Positions 51,701-61,081 of a stretch of 64,000 nucleotides of DNA are shown one piece after another. This stretch comes from Minisyncoccota bacterium. GTDB lineage: Bacteria > Patescibacteriota > Minisyncoccia > Phycocordibacterales > UBA9973. The stretch's first letter is position 1; every line of letters begins with the position of its first letter. The position numbers and the translations under genes were made by a program. The notes below the pieces were generated by a model. The model was not told where the DNA came from. It ran no database searches and was given only the letters and a program-made list of their open reading frames with translations. Location: NCBI GenBank assembly GCA_041663185.1, contig JBAZQY010000002.1:74629-138628 (forward strand), read 5' to 3'.

Positions 51701-52834
51701 ATGAATGATTTACCGCTTTCATATATAGAGATTTCGAAAGAAAATTTGATACACAATATCAAGCAATTTCGTAGTTTATTGAAAAACAGGACTAAAATAG
51801 CCTCTGTGGTCAAGGCCAATGCTTATGGTCATGGGGATTATGAAGTGGTTAAAATCATTAGCCCTTATACAGATTATTTTCAAGTGGATAGTATGGAAGA
51901 GTTGGAAAGAGTTAGGAAGGTTACAAAAAAACCAGTATTAGTTTTTGGTTATCTAAATGAGGAAGGAATAAAAAAGGCAATTAAAATGAAAGCAATAATT
52001 TCTGCTTTTGACCTGATTCATCTTTTAAAAATTAATCGCATTGCGGGGAGTTTAAAAACTAAAGCAAAAGTTCACATCGCAATTGATTCATATCTCGGAC
52101 GTGAGGGGATAATGCCGAATCAAATAATTAATTTTATTGTTGAAGTCAAGAAAATGAAAAATATTGAGATTGATGGTATTTATTCTCATTTTGCAAATAT
52201 TGAAGATACGATGAATTTTACTCACGCCCAAAAGCAGATTGATATGTATCATGAATACATAGAAATTTTTAAAGGGAAGGGTTTTGGAAAAATAAATACG
52301 CACATATCGGCAACTTCAGGAATTCTTGTCTATGAGAAGGGGAATAGCTTACATAGTATTGTACGTCTGGGCATTGGGCTTTATGGTCTTTGGCCTAGTG
52401 AACATTTAAAATATTTGAATAAAAAGAAAATTAATTTAAAACCAGTTTTGAAATGGGTAACTCACGTCGCTCAAATAAAAATTCTTCCACCGAATCATCC
52501 TATCGGTTATGGTTTAACTTATATAACAAAGAAGACAACCAAGATAGCAGTTATCCCTCAGGGTTATGCTGATGGTTTACCTCGTTCACTTTCTAATAAC
52601 GGTGAAGTTTTGATAAAAGGCAAAAGAGCAAAAATTTTAGGAAGAGTAGCTATGAACATGACCGTTGTGGATGTTTCTCATATTAAAGATGTTTTACCCG
52701 AAGATGAAGTTATAATTTTGGGGAAGCAAGGCAATAATGAAATTACAGCCGAACAGATTGCCAAAGAGTCAGGCACTATCAACTATGAGGCAGTGACGCG
52801 AATAAGCCCACTTTTACCGAGGGTAGTTAAGTAG
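51701..52834 (+). CDS. alr: Alanine racemase
   Basis: ASVVKANAYGHG has the PLP lysine. The C-terminal beta domain is present. Confidence 0.85.
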   Translation: MNDLPLSYIEISKENLIHNIKQFRSLLKNRTKIASVVKANAYGHGDYEVVKIISPYTDYFQVDSMEELERVRKVTKKPVLVFGYLNEEGIKKAIKMKAIISAFDLIHLLKINRIAGSLKTKAKVHIAIDSYLGREGIMPNQIINFIVEVKKMKNIEIDGIYSHFANIEDTMNFTHAQKQIDMYHEYIEIFKGKGFGKINTHISATSGILVYEKGNSLHSIVRLGIGLYGLWPSEHLKYLNKKKINLKPVLKWVTHVAQIKILPPNHPIGYGLTYITKKTTKIAVIPQGYADGLPRSLSNNGEVLIKGKRAKILGRVAMNMTVVDVSHIKDVLPEDEVIILGKQGNNEITAEQIAKESGTINYEAVTRISPLLPRVVK

Positions 52835-52933
52835 CAAGTAGAAGGTAGTATGTAGAAAGGATAAATACAGAATTTGTTCTTTTTATATTTGTGTGCTATA
52901 CTCATTTTGCGTTTGGGAATTAGTAGTATTCCC

Positions 52934-52963
52934 TTACTACTTACTACTAACTACTTACTACTT
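52934..52963. repeat. Short tandem heptamer repeat (TTACTAC-like x4) upstream of rpmG.
   Basis: The sequence is ttactacttactactaactacttactactta. Confidence 0.5.
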
Positions 52964-52969
52964 ATAAAT

Positions 52970-53134
52970 ATGTCACAAGATAGATTATTTAAATTAAAAT
53001 GTAGTGTTTGCAAAAGTGCAAATTATTATACAGATAAGAACAAAAAACTCGTTACAAGAAAGATTGAGCTTAAAAAGTATTGTAAGAAATGCAGAAAAAG
53101 TACTAAGCATAAAGAAGCTAAAATCACTAGTTAA
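52970..53134 (+). CDS. rpmG: 50S ribosomal protein L33
   Basis: MSQDRLFKLKCSVCKSANYYTDKNKKLVTRKIELKKYCKKCRKSTKHKEAKI is the L33 zinc-ribbon signature (C..C...Y.t.KN......KLEL.KYC..C..H..HKE). Confidence 0.75.
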   Translation: MSQDRLFKLKCSVCKSANYYTDKNKKLVTRKIELKKYCKKCRKSTKHKEAKITS

Positions 53135-53245
53135 ATAAAATCCCCAATTGGGGATTTTATTTTTTAGCTTTAAAATTAATATTTTATTAAAAATTAAAAC
53201 CCTTGACTTAAACAGTACAAGGGTTTATAACCAAAATTGCTTAAT

Positions 53246-53782
53246 TTAATGGATGAGAAATACATTTACTCCAGCGTTATGACTTCCACCATCTACATAA
53301 TCAACATCATATAAAAAATGTCCACCAGTAAACTGATAATCCGCGGAGTGAAGAATTCCATCATCTCCCATAAAATAACCCATAATGTTTCTTTCACTCC
53401 AGATTTGCTTAATTCTTTGGCCGGAGAACTTCTCATCTTTTCTTTTACACATTGTCGCAATCATAGACCAAAGAATTTGTTGTTTAGAAAGTATTTTATT
53501 GTTTTCAATTATACTAAGTTCAGATATAATCTCTTCATCTTTCATAATAAATCGCTCATAATGTGGTTCTGGTTTTACTTTGTACAACGAATAATGCATT
53601 TCTGGTATTGGATTAAGAGGGCTTGTGATATTCAGAAGATGTTTTTTAAACTTATCACTGGAATTATTAAAGTACCATCTTGTGTAATCTTCCATGGTAA
53701 GAGGCTTCAAAAGTGATGGTAATTTTATATTTCTCTCTACCAATTTCAGATGTCTTGTTTCTTGCAAAATCTTGATTTCCAT
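53246..53782 (-). CDS. Hypothetical protein.
   Basis: This is an ORF of 178 aa with no family recognised. Confidence 0.3.
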   Translation of the reverse strand: MEIKILQETRHLKLVERNIKLPSLLKPLTMEDYTRWYFNNSSDKFKKHLLNITSPLNPIPEMHYSLYKVKPEPHYERFIMKDEEIISELSIIENNKILSKQQILWSMIATMCKRKDEKFSGQRIKQIWSERNIMGYFMGDDGILHSADYQFTGGHFLYDVDYVDGGSHNAGVNVFLIH

Positions 53783-53938
53783 TTTTGTGATATTTAGGGT
53801 TAAAATACTTAATTTATTTATCTTTATCCCCCTTAAGAAACAAAGATAAATAAACTAAGTAATCAACTCGTTGATATTATCAAAAAACTGTTATTGTATA
53901 AGTAATAACATATTGTATAAATAAATCAAGTCAAGCGG

Positions 53939-54009
53939 GCGGTGAAGGAATCGGACCCTCGCCAATTCTTTTGGAGAGAATTGTACTACCACTATACTAA
54001 CCGCCCTTA
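53939..54009 (-). tRNA. tRNA-Trp (anticodon CCA)
   Basis: The reverse complement GGGCGGTTAGTATAGTGGTAGTACAATTCTCTCCAAAAGAATTGGCGAGGGTCCGATTCCTTCACCGCCCG forms a cloverleaf with anticodon loop CTCCAAA. Confidence 0.75.
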
Positions 54010-54034
54010 TGGGTGAGTATACTACAAGAACATC

Positions 54035-54964
54035 TTATTTTCCACCCTCTTGGCGGGCAGACAAAAACTTTTTTATTTCTTTTAAAACTTTTGTTTCAGA
54101 GCCATTTTTTCTTGGGTCAATCCAAATAATATTTGCGTCGCGTTTGAACCAGGTTTTTTGACGTTTGGCATAATGCCAGATTGCTGTATTTAATTCCTCA
54201 AGCATCTTATTTTTAGGAAGTTTCCGTTGTAAATATTGCGATACGTACCTGTATTCAAGACCGAGCTCATTCATTCGCTTCCACGAGACACCGTTTTTAT
54301 GTAAATTTTCAATTTCTTTAATCATCCCTTCTCTAATTCGCGCGAATAGGCGACTACGGATTTTTTCTTTTAGAATTTCAGGTGGTAAAGTAAGACCAAT
54401 TTTTAAAACCTCATAATTTTGCAAAGGAAGGACCTTTGCAAGGAGAGGGACCTTACCTAGAGCTTTGGCTATTTCAATAGCGCGAATTAATCTGATTTTA
54501 TTATTTTTATCGATTGTTTTTGCTCGGGCTGGGTCTAATTTTTCTAAATACCCCAATAATGCTATCGCTGTTTTTGGGTAAAGTTTTTCACGGAGTTTTT
54601 TATTGGGTGGAACTTTTGGAAAGGTTGTTTCATTTGTGATTGCATCAATATAAAATCCTGTGCCTCCGCAAATAATTGAAACCTTCCCACGTTTATTTAT
54701 TTCTTCAATTTTTTTAAAAGCTCTCTTTTGAAAATCACTCACCGAAAAAACGCGTGAAGGGGAAGAAATATCAAGCAGATGATGGGGAACCCCACGCATT
54801 TCTTTTTTTGTGATTTTACCTGTTCCTAGGTTCATTCCCTTATAGACCTGACGTGAATCAGCAGAAATTATTTCCCCGTCAATTTTTTTAGCAATTTCCA
54901 CAGCAAAATCACTCTTTCCAGTGGAGGTTTGACCGAGTATTACAACTAGTTTATTTTTTCTCAT
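54035..54964 (-). CDS. miaA: tRNA dimethylallyltransferase MiaA
   Basis: VVILGQTSTGKSDFAVEIAKKIDGEIISADSRQVYKGMNLGTGK is the P-loop plus MiaA signature. Confidence 0.85.
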   Translation of the reverse strand: MRKNKLVVILGQTSTGKSDFAVEIAKKIDGEIISADSRQVYKGMNLGTGKITKKEMRGVPHHLLDISSPSRVFSVSDFQKRAFKKIEEINKRGKVSIICGGTGFYIDAITNETTFPKVPPNKKLREKLYPKTAIALLGYLEKLDPARAKTIDKNNKIRLIRAIEIAKALGKVPLLAKVLPLQNYEVLKIGLTLPPEILKEKIRSRLFARIREGMIKEIENLHKNGVSWKRMNELGLEYRYVSQYLQRKLPKNKMLEELNTAIWHYAKRQKTWFKRDANIIWIDPRKNGSETKVLKEIKKFLSARQEGGK

Positions 54965-54986
54965 ATTTGGTTAGAAAAGAAAAGTA

Positions 54987-55066
54987 ATATTCAAAATTTA
55001 TGAGTAGGTGTGGGCGCGCCGGAGCCCGAAGGGCGGAGAGGGATAAGCGAATAAATTTTGAATATT
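54987..55066 (-). repeat. Structured palindromic repeat element, subfamily A, copy A4. It is intergenic upstream of miaA, in reverse orientation.
   Basis: The reverse complement is cgcttatccctctccgcccttcgggctccggcgcgcccacacctac. The arms are aatattcaaaatttat versus ataaattttgaatatt. Confidence 0.8.
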
Positions 55067-55128
55067 ATTTTTCTTTCACATATATTATATTCGCACAAAA
55101 ATAGTTTTTTTGCTATAATATCAAAATT

Positions 55129-55431
55129 ATGGGATTTAAAAAATTTATTACAAAACAAGCTCTTCGAATGAAAGGTGTGTCTTCTGATAAGGCGGAAGAA
55201 ATAGCTAAACAACTTGATGAAAACCCTAAAATTGCTCAAAGTTTGAAGGCTCTTGAAGGGAACAAAGAAGTTAAAGAACTTTTTGAAAAAATTACAAAGG
55301 AAATTGAAGAAAAGAAAAAAACTGGACTTGGCGAGCAGTACGCTGCAGTTTTGGTTATGGGGAAATATAAAGCGGAAATTATGAAGCATCGCGAAGCCCT
55401 TGAACCACTGATGGGTTTGATGCAGAAATAA
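55129..55431 (+). CDS. Hypothetical K/E-rich small protein.
   Basis: This is an ORF only. Confidence 0.3.
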   Translation: MGFKKFITKQALRMKGVSSDKAEEIAKQLDENPKIAQSLKALEGNKEVKELFEKITKEIEEKKKTGLGEQYAAVLVMGKYKAEIMKHREALEPLMGLMQK

Positions 55432-55433
55432 AA

Positions 55434-55688
55434 ATGTTATCATTTTCGGAAAAAGTTTATAAGGTAGTAATCAAAATCCCGAGAGGAAAAGTTCTGACAT
55501 ACAAAGAAGTTGCAAAGCGAGCGGGCAATTCAAACGCGAGTAGAGCTGTCGGAAATATTTTAAATAAAAATCATAATCCAAAAATTCCTTGTCACCGTGT
55601 AATTAGGTCAGACGGAAAACTTGGTGGGTACAATAAAGGGACTCGACAAAAGAGAAAAATTTTAAAAATGGAGGGATATATAAAATAA
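55434..55688 (+). CDS. MGMT/Ogt-family methylated-DNA--protein-cysteine methyltransferase DNA-binding domain protein (stand-alone).
   Basis: IPRGKVLTYKEVAKRAGNSNASRAVGNILNKNHNPKIPCHRVIRSDGKLGGY carries the PCHRV active-site motif. Confidence 0.65.
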   Translation: MLSFSEKVYKVVIKIPRGKVLTYKEVAKRAGNSNASRAVGNILNKNHNPKIPCHRVIRSDGKLGGYNKGTRQKRKILKMEGYIK

Positions 55689-55734
55689 TTTTTTTAATCT
55701 TTATTTTTCGGTCATAATTTGCTAAAGTTCTTTT

Positions 55735-56724
55735 ATGTCACTATCAATTGGAATTGTAGGTCTGCCAAACGTCGGGAAATCGACTCTTTTTAATGTACTA
55801 ACAAAAAAGGGTGTACCGGCCGAAAACTATCCTTTTTGCACAATCGATCCATCTGTGGGAATTGTGCCTGTTCCTGATGAGAGATTATTTAAATTATCTG
55901 AATTTTCAAAATCAGCGAAAACGATACCGGCTGTTATAGAGTTTGTCGATATTGCTGGACTTGTGAAGGGAGCTTCAAAAGGAGAAGGATTAGGTAATAA
56001 ATTCTTAACAAATATTCGGGAAGTGGATGCGATTGCTCACGTCGTTCGAACATTTGAAGATAATTCGGTGATTCATGTTGATAATAAGATTAGCCCAATG
56101 GATGATATTGGTGTTATAAATCTCGAGCTTGTTCTGGCAGATTTTGAAACAGTTTCAAAACGAATTGCAAATATTTCCAAAGAATTAAAGAAGGGGGATA
56201 AAGATGCGATTACTGAGGAAATTATTTTAAAAAAATTAATGAAAGTGTTTGAGGAGGGGAAGATGGCAACAGATGCTAATTTACATGATGAAGAAAAATT
56301 TAAAATAAAATCACTTAATTTACTTACATTAAAACCGATGCTTTATGTTCTAAATACGTCAGAAGCAAGTGAAAATATTGAAATAAATTCACCTGGAATG
56401 TTTGTTAAAATTGACCCAGTATTCGAGCGGGGATTTGATAATTTGATTAAAAAAAGTTATGAACTTTTGGGACTTGAGACATATTTTACAACCGGAACTG
56501 ACGAAACTCGGGCCTGGACGATTAAAATTGGTAGTACCGCACCGGTGGCTGGAATGGCAATCCACACTGACTTTAGAGACAAATTTATTCGCGCCGAAGT
56601 TATTAATTGGAAGAGTTTACTTGAAGCAGGAAGCTATGCCGAAGCAAGAGCCAAAGGGAAAGTGCGGACAGAGGGTAAAGAATATATAGTTAAAGACGGA
56701 GATGTGATTGAATTTAGAATCTAG
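55735..56724 (+). CDS. ychF: Ribosome-binding ATPase YchF (Obg-family GTPase)
   Basis: IGIVGLPNVGKSTLFN is the G1 motif. DIAGLVKGASKGEGLGN is G3. A C-terminal TGS domain is present. Confidence 0.85.
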   Translation: MSLSIGIVGLPNVGKSTLFNVLTKKGVPAENYPFCTIDPSVGIVPVPDERLFKLSEFSKSAKTIPAVIEFVDIAGLVKGASKGEGLGNKFLTNIREVDAIAHVVRTFEDNSVIHVDNKISPMDDIGVINLELVLADFETVSKRIANISKELKKGDKDAITEEIILKKLMKVFEEGKMATDANLHDEEKFKIKSLNLLTLKPMLYVLNTSEASENIEINSPGMFVKIDPVFERGFDNLIKKSYELLGLETYFTTGTDETRAWTIKIGSTAPVAGMAIHTDFRDKFIRAEVINWKSLLEAGSYAEARAKGKVRTEGKEYIVKDGDVIEFRI

Positions 56725-56882
56725 GCAAAAAAATACGCCCCACAAATTTGTGAGGCGTCCCTTGCGGGATATTATAGCATATATTAACTTACTTATATCA
56801 TAGCAAATCTATCTAATTTTGTCAAGTTCAGAAGATGGTAGTTTTATAAAGTTTAGGATTTAAAAAACAATTAAATATCTTC

Positions 56883-56957
56883 ATAAACTTTATCAATAAA
56901 AAAGTCCTCGGAGGAGGGAGGACGAGGAGCCAGACATTTACACTTTCAAAAGTTTAT
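56883..56957 (+). repeat. Structured repeat element, subfamily C, copy C3 (intergenic).
   Basis: The core gtcctcggaggagggaggacgaggagccagacat has 3 substitutions versus C1 and C2. The outer inverted repeat is ataaacttt versus aaagtttat. Confidence 0.65.
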
Positions 56958-56972
56958 TTTAGTAAAGACACT

Positions 56973-57572
56973 ATGAAAAATTCATGGGAAAAAGCTGAAA
57001 TAGTTTTAAAACACAATGGCCTGCCTCGACACAAGGCGGGGGTAATCATACTTCCGACTGATACGATTTACGGTATTGTCGGGGATGCTTTTTCGAAGAA
57101 GGCAATTTTGAGAATGTATAAAATCAAAGGACGGAATACAAAAAAGCCGTTTATAGTTCTTATTTCTGATCTGAATGATTTAAAAAAATTTAAAATTGAC
57201 CATTTACCTATTCGTACGAATAAGCGAATAGAAAATCTTTTAACAAAAAAAATAAGCATATTGTTGTCTTGCCCCAGTAAAAAATTTTCTTATTTACACC
57301 GGGGTACAAAAAAAATTGCTTTCCGACTAATAACAAAGAACAATAAAAATCTTTTTAATTTAATAAAAAAAGTTGGGCCAATCGCGACAACAAGCACTAA
57401 TCCGGAAGGATTGAAACCAGCAGAAACAATTACAGAGGCAAAAAAATATTTTGGCTCAAAAATTGATTTATATGTTTCTGGAGGCAGGAAGAAGGGGACT
57501 CCCTCCACTTTAATTGAATATAAAAACAACAGAATAGTGGTTCTCCGTCAAGGTCAAACGATAATAAAATAA
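56973..57572 (+). CDS. tsaC: L-threonylcarbamoyladenylate synthase TsaC/YrdC
   Basis: GVIILPTDTIYGIVGDAF and PFIVLISD match the YrdC/Sua5 motifs. Confidence 0.7.
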   Translation: MKNSWEKAEIVLKHNGLPRHKAGVIILPTDTIYGIVGDAFSKKAILRMYKIKGRNTKKPFIVLISDLNDLKKFKIDHLPIRTNKRIENLLTKKISILLSCPSKKFSYLHRGTKKIAFRLITKNNKNLFNLIKKVGPIATTSTNPEGLKPAETITEAKKYFGSKIDLYVSGGRKKGTPSTLIEYKNNRIVVLRQGQTIIK

Positions 57573-57612
57573 AGTTTATATCGGGCCATATTTCTGCTAT
57601 AATAAGGCCATT

Positions 57613-58629
57613 ATGGAACCAACAATAAAAAAAGCATCTTTGACACCCAGATTCTTCTTTGTGTCACTTGGAGTCATTGTGACTCTCATTACTAGTGTTT
57701 CCTCATTTTTGTTACTTTTTTTCGCGACTTTAGAAAAAAAGTTTCCTGATGTTTTGAATTCTGCTTATCAGTATGGATACAATACTACGACATTTGATAG
57801 TATTCGTGGATCACTGGCCACTCTCATAATTATTTTCCCAGTATTTTTTATTCTGGCATATTTTTGGAGAAAATTATCGAAAGGTGAATTAGGAAGTACC
57901 GATATTATTATTCGTAAATGGATGATTTATTTGATTCTTTTCTTGGCGGCTATTGTTATCATTGCTGACCTAGTCACTCTGGTTCGATATTTTGTTGCCG
58001 GAGAAATTACAAATAGATTTATCTACAAGGTTATCGGGACATTGGTGACAGCTCTGATTGTCGGTAAATATTTTTATATTTCTGAATTTTGGAATGGCAA
58101 AGAAATAATTAAAAAATTAAATAGTATTATTAATCCAATTGTTAGTGTTGCCTTGGTAATCCTTGTGATTGTTTGCAGTTTCATTATTATGGGTAGTCCA
58201 GCAAAACAAAGGTTACTTAGGTTAGATGATAGAAGGGTCTCTGATTTACAGAGTATCCAATACCAGGTGATCAATTATTGGCAACAGAAAGAAAAGTTGC
58301 CAACAACGCTATCTGAATTATCAAATCCGATGTCTGGCTATTCTCTACCAGTTGATCCTGAGTTTGAAAAAGGAAAGGTATATGAATATATTCCAAAAGA
58401 CAAACTCTCATTTGAATTGTGTGCAACTTTTTCTCTTGATATGCCAAAGGGTTGGCAAGAATATAATTATGGTGGGGGAGTAATACCAATGTATGCAGAA
58501 AAAGATATCGCTGTTTCATCTTATCCATATCCTGGAGGAGGAACAAATGAATCATGGGATCATAAAGCTGGACGAACTTGCTTTACTCGAACAATAGATA
58601 CAGATATCTATCCACCATTTCAGAAATAA
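57613..58629 (+). CDS. Hypothetical membrane protein. It has an N-terminal polytopic region and a C-terminal soluble domain.
   Basis: The ORF has 6 TM helices. The C-terminal domain is unassigned. Confidence 0.3.
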   Translation: MEPTIKKASLTPRFFFVSLGVIVTLITSVSSFLLLFFATLEKKFPDVLNSAYQYGYNTTTFDSIRGSLATLIIIFPVFFILAYFWRKLSKGELGSTDIIIRKWMIYLILFLAAIVIIADLVTLVRYFVAGEITNRFIYKVIGTLVTALIVGKYFYISEFWNGKEIIKKLNSIINPIVSVALVILVIVCSFIIMGSPAKQRLLRLDDRRVSDLQSIQYQVINYWQQKEKLPTTLSELSNPMSGYSLPVDPEFEKGKVYEYIPKDKLSFELCATFSLDMPKGWQEYNYGGGVIPMYAEKDIAVSSYPYPGGGTNESWDHKAGRTCFTRTIDTDIYPPFQK

Positions 58630-58634
58630 AAATA

Positions 58635-61019
58635 ATGAAAGAATACGATCATAAAAAAATTGAATTAAAATGGCAGAAAGATTGGGAGAAGAAAAAGATT
58701 TTCTCGGCTATTAATGGATCTAAAAAACCAAAATTTTATGCTCTAATAGAATTCCCATATCTTTCTGGGTCCGGACTTCATATTGGCCACATACGCTCAA
58801 ATACAGCAATGGATATAATTTCTCGAAAACGTTGGATGGAAGGATATAATGTTATGTACCCAATAGGGTATGATGCTTTTGGCCTACCAACTGAAAACTA
58901 TGCAATTAAAACTGGAAAGCAACCGACAATCATCAATAAAGAAAATACAGAGATGTTTCGTCGACAACTCAAAAAAATTGGGTTTGCTTTTGACTGGTCT
59001 CGAGAATTAAACACAGCAAACCCAGCTTATTATAAATGGACCCAATGGATATTTTTACAAATGTTTAAAAAAGGTTTGGCTTATAAACAAAAAACGATGA
59101 TTAATTGGTGTCCGAAAGATAAAATTGGTTTAGCTAATGAAGAAGTAGTAAATGGAAAATGTGAGCGATGTGGAACAGAAACTATAAAAAAGGAAAAGGA
59201 GCAATGGATGCTTGCTATTACAAAATATGCCGAGCGCCTCGATAAAGATTTAGATGATGTGGATTATTTAGAAAGAATAAAAGCCCAACAAAGAAACTGG
59301 ATAGGTAAGTCAGAAGGAAGTGAAATTGAGTTTAAGGTTAAAGGTGATTCTCAATCAGTGCGAGTATTTACCACTCGAGCTGATACTATTTTAGGAGTAA
59401 CGTATGTTGTGCTTGCACCGGAAAGTGTATTGGTTCAAAATCTAAAATCACAAATTACAAATTGGAATGAAGTAGAGAAATATATTGAAAAAGTAAAAAA
59501 AGAGTCAGAGCAAGAAAGAACGAAGGAGGATAAAGAAAAAACTGGAGTTGAACTGAAGGGAATTAAGGCTATAAATCCAGCAAACAAAGAAGAGCTTCCT
59601 GTTTGGATTGCCGACTATGTTCTTGCGTCTTATGGAACAGGCGCAGTTATGGCAGTTCCACAACACGATAGTCGTGATAAAGAATTTGCTGAAAAATTTA
59701 ATCTTTCAATTATTGATAGACCATTAGTGGATGCAGAAGAAATAACAAAAAGAGTTGGCGGGAAAATGGTTACAAAATATAAATTACGTGATTGGATTTT
59801 CTCAAGACAAAGATACTGGGGTGAGCCTATTCCTTTGATTCACTGCGATCGATGTGCCCTAAACGATCCCGACGGGCAAGGATATATTCCAGTGCCCGAT
59901 AAAGATTTGCCAGTAGTTTTGCCGAAAGTTAAATCGTACACCCCTACAGATACTGGCGAATCACCACTGGCTAATATTTCCAAATGGGTAAATGTTAAAT
60001 GTCCTAAATGCGGAGGTAAAGCGCGCAGAGAGACAGACACAATGCCAAACTGGGCGGGTTCTTCTTGGTATTATTTGCGCTATACTGATCCTAAAAATAA
60101 AAAAGAGTTCGCTAGCGCAAAAAATTTAAAATATTGGACTCCTGTGGATTGGTATAACGGTGGGATGGAACACACGACACTTCATCTTTTGTATTCTCGT
60201 TTTTGGCACAAGTTTTTATATGACATGAAATTAGTTCCAACAAAAGAGCCATATAAAAAACGCACAGCACATGGGATGATTTTGGCCGAAGATGGAGAGA
60301 AAATGTCAAAATCAAGAGGCAACGTGGTTAATCCAGATGAAATCGTTAAGCTATATGGAGCTGATACTTTTCGACTTTATGAAATGTTTATTGGTCCATT
60401 TGATCAGACGGTTACTTGGAATACAAATAGTATTATTGGCCCTCGAAGATTTTTGGAAAAAGTTTGGAAGATAGGAGAAAAAATCACTACACAGAAACAG
60501 ATAAATTCTTCGCGCTTAACCCTAAAGGGCTCCGACACGACGAAGAATTTTTCTGTTTCTGCTTCATTCCAAACGCTTTTAAATAAAACAATAAAAAAAG
60601 TTTCTGAAGATATTGAGAGTATGAGTTTTAATACAGCTGTTTCTTCAATGATGGTTTTGGTCAACGAAATGGAAAAACAAGATGTTGATAAAAAAGATTT
60701 TAAAATATTTTTACAGATTTTAGCACCATTTGCTCCACACATTACCGAAGAATTGTGGAATATGTTAGGTGAAAAACAATCAATAAATAAAAGTAAATGG
60801 CCAAAGTGGGATGAAAAGAAAATTATTGATGATAAAATAAAAATAGCTGTTCAAATAAATGGCAAAGTTCGCACCGAAATTATGGTCTCGAAAGATATGT
60901 CCGAAGGGGAAATTAAACCTTTAGTTTTGAAAGATCAAAAGATCATCAGTTGGATGGAGGGAAAAGAAATTAAAAAATTCATATATGTTCCAAATAGAAT
61001 AATAAACATAGTCATTTAG
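58635..61019 (+). CDS. leuS: Leucyl-tRNA synthetase, carrying an in-frame subfamily-B repeat insertion in the linker before the anticodon-binding domain.
   Basis: HIGH is present (SGSGLHIGH) and KMSKS is present. The editing domain is present. The insertion is translated as ...INSSRLTLKGSDTTKNFSVSAS... Confidence 0.9.
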   Translation: MKEYDHKKIELKWQKDWEKKKIFSAINGSKKPKFYALIEFPYLSGSGLHIGHIRSNTAMDIISRKRWMEGYNVMYPIGYDAFGLPTENYAIKTGKQPTIINKENTEMFRRQLKKIGFAFDWSRELNTANPAYYKWTQWIFLQMFKKGLAYKQKTMINWCPKDKIGLANEEVVNGKCERCGTETIKKEKEQWMLAITKYAERLDKDLDDVDYLERIKAQQRNWIGKSEGSEIEFKVKGDSQSVRVFTTRADTILGVTYVVLAPESVLVQNLKSQITNWNEVEKYIEKVKKESEQERTKEDKEKTGVELKGIKAINPANKEELPVWIADYVLASYGTGAVMAVPQHDSRDKEFAEKFNLSIIDRPLVDAEEITKRVGGKMVTKYKLRDWIFSRQRYWGEPIPLIHCDRCALNDPDGQGYIPVPDKDLPVVLPKVKSYTPTDTGESPLANISKWVNVKCPKCGGKARRETDTMPNWAGSSWYYLRYTDPKNKKEFASAKNLKYWTPVDWYNGGMEHTTLHLLYSRFWHKFLYDMKLVPTKEPYKKRTAHGMILAEDGEKMSKSRGNVVNPDEIVKLYGADTFRLYEMFIGPFDQTVTWNTNSIIGPRRFLEKVWKIGEKITTQKQINSSRLTLKGSDTTKNFSVSASFQTLLNKTIKKVSEDIESMSFNTAVSSMMVLVNEMEKQDVDKKDFKIFLQILAPFAPHITEELWNMLGEKQSINKSKWPKWDEKKIIDDKIKIAVQINGKVRTEIMVSKDMSEGEIKPLVLKDQKIISWMEGKEIKKFIYVPNRIINIVI
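60492..60565 (+). repeat. Structured palindromic repeat element, subfamily B, copy B4. It is in-frame in leuS.
   Basis: The core cgcttaaccctaaagggctccgacacga is flanked by the inverted repeat cagaaacagataaattcttcg versus cgaagaatttttctgtttctg (1 mismatch). Confidence 0.8.
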
Positions 61020-61081
61020 GTTTATTTAAATTATCGATGTATAATGAGTAGGTCTGATTAATTAATAATTTTTTACATAAA

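Noticed and set aside
52970-52972. Leaderless promoter call for rpmG from TATAAA adjacent to the ATG.
   Set aside because: The putative -10 ends only 1-2 nt before the ATG. That is too close for a transcription start at the start codon.
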